From contig FLMG01001331.1 of NCBI GenBank assembly GCA_900088475.1, positions 1 to 42,492 on the forward strand: a DNA stretch of 42,492 nt. The letters are read 5' to 3'. Each line of letters begins with the position of its first letter. The stretch's first letter is position 1. The stretch is from Hyphochytrium catenoides. Lineage: Eukaryota; Protista; Hyphochytriomycota. The translations under genes and the position numbers were made by a program. This document shows, one piece after another, positions 33,982-42,492 of this stretch. The notes under the pieces were generated by a model that was not told the origin of the DNA, made no database searches, and saw nothing but the letters and a program-made list of their open reading frames with translations.

Positions 33982-36213
33982 TTACATCTTTCTAAGGCCT
34001 TGGGGCTCCACCTCCCCTGGTGACACTTTCGCTCTACTAGTACGGCTGCTTGTGGGGACTTCATATGAGACCAGGCCGGTTAGGAAATAGAGAACGCCTT
34101 CCTCAATGCTAGGTTCTGCTTGCTGGTTCTTCGCAGCGATCCCAAACCCGCCTCGAGCATGTATGACGGTCGTGCTCCGACGAGAGCCTCCCGGATCGGG
34201 AGCCAAGGGTCTTGGTTTGGACTGCCGCTTCGTAGAGGCTGTCAGCAGATGGTACAGGAAAGGAAGAGAGAACAGGAGAATGGATGACATTCTTCCAATA
34301 ATAAAACTGTCCGTCGTAACATCTAAGCTCGAGGGAGGAAGGATCCCTTGCGCGCTTCCTGCTCCCTCCTCTGTTCCAGCCAGTGATGGCGCCTCATTCT
34401 CTAGGTACTTGGTGATGTGAAGCGCTACCCTAAAGCGGAGGTGGCTGCTACCGCTTCGAAACACGAGATTGTACAAGAACCAGCAGTGAGTGGCCAAGAG
34501 AGGCAACAGCACGCCCCCTCCAATAAAGCGCTTCGTGATGACCAATGCTTTGCCTCCTGCTTGCGCATTGCTCGCGCGGCGGAGGATGGAGTCACTGCAG
34601 AGGGAAGAAACGAAGAGGATGCACCAGGCTGTGAGGCTAATGCACCGCTCATCATACTCAAAGGCGTCCGACAAAGAGAATAACAGCGCCATTGCTTGAG
34701 CGATCAGGAACCATACATCAAAAGAGGATCGAAGCATGAGACAGAGGACATCGTAGTTCCACATTGTTGTCAGATAGATGGCAATAGCAAAACTCCCTGT
34801 GAGGCTAAGGCTTGCCACCAGAGGAGAGAAAACCCCTAAGAGTGAGCAGTCCGGGAAATCTCTTCGAAGCTCTCCCAAACTGAGGCTTAAAGGGATTAGA
34901 ACAACGCCGAGACAGATAAGTATGCGCAGTAAGGACGCTCGGCGTTGTTCAGCGCCTACTCTATAGTGATGATGATGAACGGCGGTCGATGAGCCATCCA
35001 CAGCCCCCTGTTGCACCTCCGCGCATGGAGTGACAAGAGTGTGTCTGTTGCTAGTTCTTGAGTGGCAGCCAATCTCTAGCGGAGGTGGAGGGGATGGTAA
35101 GCCTGGCCCACGCTTCTGCTTCCGTTTTCTGACTCCCTTTACGAACCAATGACAGTTAGAGAAAAGACTGGCTGCAGATATAGAGGTATGGACAAAGGGT
35201 TTGCTTACGTCCAGCAGGACAACCGCCTGAAGAGGATCTTTATGTCCAATAGAGTCGCAGCAAAGCTGCTGTGTTTGCTCCTGTTGAGGTGACTCCCTAG
35301 CTTCAGAAAGAGAAGTTAAACGTCGTTGAGCAGCCATTGTCTCTTCAATGATAAGAGGCCAGCTCAGCGCGGAGCACTGGATCCTCTTGGTCTTGATCGC
35401 AGGTCCGGAGGAGTAGGCGCGGAATCCCTGATCTTTCTTGCGCATGCGCCAGTAGCTCACCGTGCGAACTAGCGGTCGCCCAAAATAAATAAGGAGGGTG
35501 GCTGCTATGTTAAGAACAATGTCCTCTCCTGTCAGCTGTCGAGTGCCAAGAGGCCAGCGAAGGATAGTGCCTCCACTAAAAACCTTGACTAGCACGCTTG
35601 CCATGAGAATGCAGTAGATGATAATAGCCATTACCAGGGACCATAAATGAAGGGCCGTGGACCGACAGAGGTAGTGGTAACTATCGTACAGGGGACCGCC
35701 AATAAGAGCCGTCGCTATAGCCCCAACAGACAGGAAAAGACCGCGAAGACCACCCATCATGACGCCCACGGTGCTCCAAAGGGCGACCATAAGTATGGCC
35801 ATGAACCAGAAGTCAGACGTAGCAGAGCTCAGCCTCACAAGGGTGGGATTGAGACATAAAACAAGCTGGATATGGACAGGAAGCCCTGCCAGTACCACAA
35901 ATGCTGATAAAAGGGTCCCAACCTTTCTTTCCACGATCAACGTTGCACACACAGCGACGAGCGACATATTATAGAGGAACGCCGACAACATGACGAGGCG
36001 CTTATGGCGCCTGAGGAAGCTGAAGAGGCGGCGATGTCCCTCAGGGCCAAAGAGCAAGCTACATATGGAGCAGTTGAAGTCTATCTTGGACCACGCCGGT
36101 TGCTCTTCTGTCCATAAAGCAGAGATAGTCCATGAGGTGACCGTGCAGGGAGACCCTAAAGGTTCATTAGGATTCAGCAGGGTGCTCTCGTCGGTTCTGC
36201 TGGAAAAGATCAT
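33982..36213 (-). CDS. Uncharacterised ~12-TM membrane protein, array paralogue 5 (743 aa; short N-terminus, an upstream exon is possible)
   Basis: Uninterrupted ORF with the same motif series (SALWTEE, DFNCSICSLLFG, GTRQLTGED, SSFDVWFLIAQ, YDERC, TTDSFIIGRMSS, LYFLTGLVSYEV). ACTAAC..CGCAG just upstream of the ATG may be an acceptor. Confidence 0.9.
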   Translation of the reverse strand: MIFSSRTDESTLLNPNEPLGSPCTVTSWTISALWTEEQPAWSKIDFNCSICSLLFGPEGHRRLFSFLRRHKRLVMLSAFLYNMSLVAVCATLIVERKVGTLLSAFVVLAGLPVHIQLVLCLNPTLVRLSSATSDFWFMAILMVALWSTVGVMMGGLRGLFLSVGAIATALIGGPLYDSYHYLCRSTALHLWSLVMAIIIYCILMASVLVKVFSGGTILRWPLGTRQLTGEDIVLNIAATLLIYFGRPLVRTVSYWRMRKKDQGFRAYSSGPAIKTKRIQCSALSWPLIIEETMAAQRRLTSLSEARESPQQEQTQQLCCDSIGHKDPLQAVVLLDVSKPFVHTSISAASLFSNCHWFVKGVRKRKQKRGPGLPSPPPPLEIGCHSRTSNRHTLVTPCAEVQQGAVDGSSTAVHHHHYRVGAEQRRASLLRILICLGVVLIPLSLSLGELRRDFPDCSLLGVFSPLVASLSLTGSFAIAIYLTTMWNYDVLCLMLRSSFDVWFLIAQAMALLFSLSDAFEYDERCISLTAWCILFVSSLCSDSILRRASNAQAGGKALVITKRFIGGGVLLPLLATHCWFLYNLVFRSGSSHLRFRVALHITKYLENEAPSLAGTEEGAGSAQGILPPSSLDVTTDSFIIGRMSSILLFSLPFLYHLLTASTKRQSKPRPLAPDPGGSRRSTTVIHARGGFGIAAKNQQAEPSIEEGVLYFLTGLVSYEVPTSSRTSRAKVSPGEVEPQGLRKM

Positions 36214-37039
36214 GTTACCAAGCTCTGCGGTTTATACTAGTTAGTCCTTTGTCTTCCGTTTGACCGTTTTCGTTGTTAGCCCTTTCCTGCTGATTATCTG
36301 ATGCACCTACAGGTCAGCCTCCGGGTATCATTAGACAAGGAGCGGGAAGAGTTTATCCCATGGTCTTTCCCTTCTCGAATAACTTCTCGCCGCCAGTGAA
36401 AATTGGCTGATTAGCTCACACCGAGAGATCGCTGCTCTCAACTAACAAAGGTGATTATATCCTTCTGGTGGTAGGTTATCTCTATCTTGCTATAGAGGAG
36501 AAGTAGGCATACGTAGACTTGATCCAAGCTTTAGTATGTAAAAGAAGAACTTAGGAAGAACTAGTCCGTATGGAAGGTGGTGGCTGCTGCACCGGAGGCA
36601 TATGACGTGTGAGGCGCATAATGAACACCATCGACCTGAAGTAGGCTTCTATTTGCCATAATGCTTTGATGCCCCCTTCATGGCACTTCGAGAGGAGCTG
36701 TGGAGGGAGAGGAGGGGACGAAGAGAAAGGGATAGGGGAGGAGGAGGAGAGAGGATGGAAAAGTGCCCGAGCGAGCATGGCGAGAAGAGAGGGAAGTTGG
36801 TGGCAGGAGGTGAGGAAGCAATCAGTGTTGACAGGCAGGCAGGACCACCGCCTGTCTCCGTGGGCTGAAGAAGAAACTGCTGATGTTCGCCGTTGTTTGG
36901 GTCAGAGGAGGGATGATGGGCTTCGGACTTCGGACAGGCCTTTACCTTTTGGGGTTAAGTGGGCTTCATAGGTAGTTAACCAAGTTTTAGTAAGTTATGG
37001 ATGCATCTGCATTGGCTTCTTCTCCGCTGGGCAAAGATG

Positions 37040-37480
37040 AAAGGGGAAAGACGACGAAGAGGATCAAGAGGAGGAGGAACGAAGACAAGAAGCCTTGAAC
37101 AGCAGGACAAAGGACACTGATGAGGAGGTGCGTAAGAAGGATGATGTCCATAATGGTGCACGGAGAAGTGAAGTACACAGTGAGGAGGAAGACGAGTACG
37201 GGCGACGATAATAGCAGGGAAGGAGAGTAGTAGGAGCTGAGGAGAGGCAGAAAGAAGGACGGAGAGCAGCTGATGAGGAGCAACCGGACGAAGAAGAGAA
37301 GAAGGACCAAGGACACACCGCGACTGTCCTCGATAATGGTAGTACTAGTGGTGGTAGTGTACCATCAGCACACGCTCCTCGCCCCAGTTGTCATTGTGGT
37401 TGCATTATACTGTCGTTGGTCTGTCTCTATTATATTACCACCACCACCGCTCTCGGTGGAATATCCAGGGAGGGATATTA
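37040..37480 (+). pseudogene. Acidic/charged low-complexity coding relic
   Basis: One frame reads KGKDDEEDQEEEERRQEALNSRTKDTDEEVRKKDD..EEEDEYGRR**QGRRVVGAEERQKEGRRAADEEQPDEEEKKDQG.., interrupted only by adjacent TAA TAG. No start or identity recognised. Confidence 0.3.
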
Positions 37481-40067
37481 GGTTTTCCTGGCGCGGGTGT
37501 AGGATGGGCTGACCCTCCGTCACTTTCAAATTTCCTCGGTCAGCCTCAGCCTCTGCCGCCTGCTCAAAATCTAGACACAGCGGCAACGGATAGAAGAAGC
37601 ACAGCTGATTGACTAGACCTATGCGCTGCCGCAGAACAGTCAACCGCTCTCCTCTTAATTTGTAAGAGGATATCATCATCATCAACGACACAGAGAGTCT
37701 TAATGCATTCTAGTGTGCTCGATCGTCCTCAAGGTCCTGTCCGCTGCTGCTACCCGTCTGAGCCTTCTGGGTTGGCTGAGGAAGATGAAGGGATGACAGT
37801 GTCACATAGCAGAAAACAACCCTGTTTGGTATTATCGTCATTGCTAGTCGGACCGGCAGGGCAGCAGCAGTGCTGGTGCGTGCTGGTGGAGTAGTAAGGC
37901 CAACGTAGCACGCAGCAGAACTTTATGTACATAGTTATGAGAAGTAGGTCTCCATGCTTTAGACCTCCGACCTAACAAAGGGGCTAAGTGAATATCGTCG
38001 TCCCAAAGTGAGAGTGTATGAAAAAAAGTTGCAGGGTGGCAGCAACCTGCTGCAGCGAGCTTTCTTTCCCCCTTGCCTTTAGCAAAAGGGCTAGAGTTGG
38101 ACACCCTTCCCTTCTCGGCAGGATTCTTTCTTGACACAGCAGTTAGAAGATTAGCGGCTCCTCTCCACACTTACTCCCGGAAAAAACTCGTCATCCACGA
38201 CAGCCGTCGTTGTCATAAGCTGCATACCTTAGAAAGAGTTACAGAGTCTCCTAGACCTCTTCTGACAAAAGCTTGAGCTCTAGAATAATTCACAGCTTCC
38301 GTTCATGAGTCTCCCAAATGTGTACGACGACTGAGCGGCAGAAAGAAGGCTGTCTGTCTCATTATCGTTTTCCGTTGCAGGCGTCGTGAGAAGCGATGAT
38401 ACCTTCACTACAAGGAGCGGAAACATGATCAATGGAAATGGAAGGGTTGGGGAAGATTGAAAAGACCGAACTGCGACAAATGGAGCCTCAGCACGTGGGG
38501 TTGAGAGACAGTCCGCCTCCAAGCTATGCGCAGTAATAATGGATGCAACAACGATAATGTACGAGTAGGCTGCTATTATTCTATTCATTGGGAGATTACT
38601 AGCTCAGGAGGACAGAAGCAGAGGAGGAAAGAAGGAACGAAGGACGAGAAGAGTCCAGGCCAGCCCGTCCTCCTCCCTTCTTCCTCATTCTTGGTACAAA
38701 TACCCTTCTGATGATTGGTGGCTTCTGCTCAGTTCAAAGCTTTAGCTGATCATCAGGTAACACGATGATCAGCTTACCGCGCCTGTAACGACCTTCGCCC
38801 GATCCCTCGCTACAGGGACCTGCTGCACCATGATCAACCGTCCGCTGAAGCTTTCATGCCAACACCCATTGAACTATTTATTAGTCTGTGATCCTAATTG
38901 AAGACTGATGAAAGATACTGCCTGTGAAAGCTTCAGGAGTTAACATGCCGACCGTTACTGAGTGCGGAGTGCCCAGCACTTGAGGTCTAAACCCAAGAGC
39001 GAAGTCCTGTTGTTGGTCCTGTCCCTCGAGCCGATAGCATAGAGCCAAGTCAGGTGAGCAAGATTGGTCAACAAGAATACTATCGACTAAGCCTTAGGTG
39101 GGCAACAAGTCCCCCTAATGACAAGCTAACCACCACGTAAGCCTTTCCTCCTTTCTGTCCGGGTGCTGTCTCTCCATGTACCTGCCCCAGATCATCATCA
39201 TCCTCTCCTGTCAGGTCAAGCTTCACTCTAACTTAGCTGGACAGTAGATATTATCCATGTACCAAAAGGCGGTTCACTGAATCAGGTGGTGCCCTATCCT
39301 CATCTTCTGGTCTACCTCTGGTGGTTGCCCTTCGTGATGAGCATTATCAACGGACGGACAGCTCGCTAGGCTTGGCACGGGCAGATCATGGCTACGCTGA
39401 TCACCATCAAGAGGCACGCGGGCAAGGAAGCTTGAGATGGTAAGTGTTAACAGCAATTAGAGAGAAGACGAAGATTCTCAAATGCAGTAGTAGGTCGCGT
39501 CGTCTTTGGAGGCGAGAGGCAGACGAACAACGGAAGACGCCGAGATCGATGCAAGCTCATTCTGGGTCATCCTGCCAACAACCGTGGCGATGGGCAAGCG
39601 GTTACTTCTTCCATGGTGCTATAAATGGGAAAGCATGAAAGCATTATCGTGCTTTTAGCAATTATAAGCTTCTGAACGTTTTAGCTTCAGTGTAGCTGTC
39701 ACACGACACCTATCTTTCTACTTCCTCAAGAGCAGGCGCCGGAGCCACGGCCTGTAACCTAGTATTGAAAGAGAAGAGAATAAGAGCTGCTTACGATAAG
39801 CTCTAACAAAGGTCGATAGTCAATCATTCCTTAGCTGCCAGCCTTGGCAGCTCCTCGCCATTGAGTCCTCTACACTCCGTCCTTCTCCATCAAGCTTTCA
39901 CTACGTTACTTTCAGGACTCCAAACAAGTCACTAGTCCCCACTGTTACCAGTCTGAAAGATCTGCCTTCTGGTCGCCATCTCCGTTTAGCAGCGCCATCG
40001 GCTTTCTTTCTCTTACACCACGACCGGCTGCTCAAATTTTCTTCGTGTATGATAAACACTAACCCTG

Positions 40068-42492
40068 ATGCGCTTGACGTACTTCCTCTGTTGGCTGGTG
40101 GCCATGACATCAGTCCTAATATACGTCACCACCATTCCGCGTGCCTTCTTTCTATATGCGCCAACTCTTCAGGTCTCCTCCAGACTCTGGACGAGCGCTC
40201 CCATGACCAGCCAAAATATCAGCTCAGCTGCTGAGGGTCTGGGCATTGCCTCTCAGGTTGCCCTTGAAGCTCCAACTTTGCCTGTCCGGAAAAGCAGTGG
40301 CAGCGGTGCAGATGAAGAGGGAGAGGGCTCAGGAAGCTTAAGGGCTATCAGCTTCCTTAGAAGAAGAAGAAGTGCGTCCAGTGCCTATTCTTCCACGTCA
40401 TCCACTCCCTTCTGTAGGGACATGCTGGTGCAATGGGCTAGTGCATGTGTGGACACCGGCGCCTATCTTCATCAGAAATGCGACACGCCAGAGTTCAACA
40501 ACAAAGTCTGCCTTCTCGAGGTTGACGAGAGAGACCTTGTCACTGACAGGAACCCCAAGTCAAAACAGACCTCAACTTCGGCATCGACAGTCGAGCTCTC
40601 CCTGTGGGAAGTAGACTTCACACACTCCTTGGAGGCCCTGTTAGTCGGGTACTTCAGCAAGTATGCGCCATCAATCTTAGACTCAGCAACTCAGGCCGAA
40701 GTGGTGCTGAAGGCGCAGGCTGGATATGGCAGCTGCAGGATCATCCAAGAGGGAAGACTTTCACCTGGCTGGCTCACTCCTTACCTAGTTGCCGCAGAGC
40801 TCAAGCAGGAAGATGTCACAAGTGAGAATGGTACCATCACTTCCAGCACCGCCAAATACCAGGACGTCTATAAAGTGACCCTGCAGGAGACATATGAGAA
40901 TCTATGGGGCCATCTTACAGCCACCTTCGTAGATGTTCCTGCACAGACCTCTCAAGTCCGATACTTCCGTGACTACATTCCTGCCATGGTCAAATCTGTT
41001 AAGTTCTTCCCACTATCAGAATCGGTGGCCCCTGAGGGCTTCCATGATAACTTCATGATGCTCAAGGCCCTGGTCCCCGGCTGTGACACTATCTCCAGGG
41101 CTAACTATCTCGTCTCCAACTGGCGCGCTACCTATTATAATACCAGTAGATTAAACTTTGAGGTGCAGGGAAATGGGTGGAAGTTTGCTTCGCCTGCCAT
41201 CATCGGCCTTGAGCTCATTCGTGTTATCGGTTATGTCTCTCATTACTATGGTCTCTCTCCTGATGATACCGGACGACTGTTGTTCAAGGGAAGAGAGCTG
41301 GATGCCGGCGCTGGCTGTAACCCTAGTGGCACCAGGAAGATATGGGATGCCTTCGTCTGTGCAGCAGTCAGGGGAGACCTTCCGTTTACCTTCAACACAA
41401 GGAGAATAGTCGCGGGGCTCATTACCGAGAGTCAACACTTCCGTACGGCTCTTCAGTCAGACTTCTCTAGCCTATTCAAAGTGCTGCAGAAACTTCATAA
41501 AAATCCAAAGCTCAGGATGAGAGCCAAAGCGGGTGCTCGAGTGGGATCAGTTCATGACCTGGACGTGACTTACATGCGTGATGTCAGCTCCATTGATCGG
41601 ACCTGGGCCGTGTACCAAGACAGTCCTTACTTGACGGGCACCTACATATCACGGGTTGGATTCTATTCCACGGCGGTGCACAACAACTTCTCAGATAGTT
41701 CTGCAGCCTTTGCTCGGATGCTGAGTTCCACAATGGACAGTAACATTCTCGCTGGCCACTTCACTGTCATGTTCCTGGAGGGCAGTGGACTTCCTCTCAA
41801 TCGCCTTGCCAATCTCACGAGAGATACTCTGAGGATTGGAGGATATGCAGACGCAGAGCTTGGCAATCGCTTGGTGGTCACAGCGACCAAGACGAATATC
41901 TCCACCGCGGGAGGCGTGGGTGGCAACCCGCGGTCCGTCGCCTATGAGAACAGAAATCTCACTGGCTGCAGCCTGGACGCCTATAAAAGGAGCGTCAGGA
42001 CCACGCTATTTGGCCGTACAGCAAGCATCATAGCCTACTGCCTCTCAGGAAAGGTGACAACCGACTATGCAGCTGTCCGTTCGCACTTCCTTTCCTATTA
42101 CACAGGGGGCAAAGGCGACACCCCGTACAAGATCAGCACGAATGACTACATTTCCATGGCTAATGAGGTGCCAGTGGTGGACATTGCAGGAAGCATGGCA
42201 ACTGTTCCTTCCAGAGACGTCCGGCCTGGTGAGGAGGGCAGTCTGGACCTCGTCTCAGACCAAGTCCTGCTGCAAGCTCTTTTGAAGACGTCAGACCGCT
42301 GTCACTTGCTGTTCTTCAATAAAAATGATGATGTGGCCACCGCTATCGCCAGCAATCGGCCGTTCTCGTACAGCAAGATCATCAACTCTGCCGGACTGGC
42401 GGAGTTCTCGTATGTGGCTGTGAGCGAGCTTTGCTATTGGGAGATGCAGAAGGAGCTGCGAGAGGGTTACGGACTGAGATATGAGCTTCGTC
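40068..42492 (+). CDS. Large putative membrane-anchored or secreted glycoprotein of unknown function, at least 808 aa, 3'-partial
   Basis: Manual translation shows no stop from ATG 40068 (in-frame TAA at 40053) to the window end. Features: N-terminal hydrophobic segment MRLTYFLCWLVAMTSVLIYVTTIP, S/G/E-rich linker, FLRRRRS, then 12 Cys; 7 N-x-S/T sequons in total. Presumably missing from the ORF track because it has no stop in the window. Confidence 0.85.
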   Translation, partial: MRLTYFLCWLVAMTSVLIYVTTIPRAFFLYAPTLQVSSRLWTSAPMTSQNISSAAEGLGIASQVALEAPTLPVRKSSGSGADEEGEGSGSLRAISFLRRRRSASSAYSSTSSTPFCRDMLVQWASACVDTGAYLHQKCDTPEFNNKVCLLEVDERDLVTDRNPKSKQTSTSASTVELSLWEVDFTHSLEALLVGYFSKYAPSILDSATQAEVVLKAQAGYGSCRIIQEGRLSPGWLTPYLVAAELKQEDVTSENGTITSSTAKYQDVYKVTLQETYENLWGHLTATFVDVPAQTSQVRYFRDYIPAMVKSVKFFPLSESVAPEGFHDNFMMLKALVPGCDTISRANYLVSNWRATYYNTSRLNFEVQGNGWKFASPAIIGLELIRVIGYVSHYYGLSPDDTGRLLFKGRELDAGAGCNPSGTRKIWDAFVCAAVRGDLPFTFNTRRIVAGLITESQHFRTALQSDFSSLFKVLQKLHKNPKLRMRAKAGARVGSVHDLDVTYMRDVSSIDRTWAVYQDSPYLTGTYISRVGFYSTAVHNNFSDSSAAFARMLSSTMDSNILAGHFTVMFLEGSGLPLNRLANLTRDTLRIGGYADAELGNRLVVTATKTNISTAGGVGGNPRSVAYENRNLTGCSLDAYKRSVRTTLFGRTASIIAYCLSGKVTTDYAAVRSHFLSYYTGGKGDTPYKISTNDYISMANEVPVVDIAGSMATVPSRDVRPGEEGSLDLVSDQVLLQALLKTSDRCHLLFFNKNDDVATAIASNRPFSYSKIINSAGLAEFSYVAVSELCYWEMQKELREGYGLRYELR

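Noticed and set aside
16559-36213. Calling the paralogues GPCRs, MFS or ABC transporters, voltage-gated channels or adenylyl cyclases
   Set aside because: About 12 rather than 7 TMs, and no DRY/NPxxY, MFS motif A, Walker motifs, S4 arginine repeat, pore loop or cyclase domain is visible.
16561-36244. The many 60-170 aa ORFs overlapping the long CDSs
   Set aside because: These are antisense or alternate-frame shadows of real coding sequence with no independent support.
36214-40067. A sixth paralogue, or genuine small genes such as 38280-38588
   Set aside because: None of the family motifs was found. The short ORFs lack domains or convincing exon structure, and only vague coding-like relics (e.g. 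~38770-39430) are present.
40320-40380. RxLR-dEER effector motif in the terminal ORF
   Set aside because: SFLR lacks the leading Arg, the acidic patch precedes rather than follows it, and the protein is far larger than typical RxLR effectors.
1-42492. Reassigned stop codons (TAA/TAG read as Gln), suggested by relics broken by TAG/TAA
   Set aside because: trpB and the OGFOD3-like gene end in TAG, paralogues 4 and 5 end in TAA at positions homologous to TGA-ending copies, and six long ORFs have no internal TAR.

Overview
Eukaryotic nuclear DNA: about 50% GC, short spliceosomal GT/GC-AG introns, standard genetic code. Gene content suggests a stramenopile related to oomycetes (inference). The left third (1-15.2 kb) holds three intron-rich minus-strand genes: a 3'-truncated trithorax/KMT2C-D-like multi-PHD/PWWP/Tudor/bromodomain chromatin protein, an OGFOD3-like 2OG-Fe(II) oxygenase with signal peptide and C-terminal REDL, and a stand-alone tryptophan synthase beta chain. 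A decayed hAT-like transposase lies between the last two. The most notable feature is at 16.5-36.2 kb: a head-to-tail array of five intact, intronless, diverged paralogues (743-875 aa) of an uncharacterised membrane protein. Each is built from two related ~6-TM halves, with co-varying polar residues and hypervariable loops, making it a candidate receptor/channel/transporter family. Their spacers carry unrelated decayed coding relics. At the right edge an intronless ORF of at least 808 codons (40068 to window end, missing from the supplied track) encodes a probable membrane-anchored Cys-containing glycoprotein, transcribed divergently from the array. No rRNA, tRNA or CRISPR was seen. All family assignments are by eye and memory; no searches were run.
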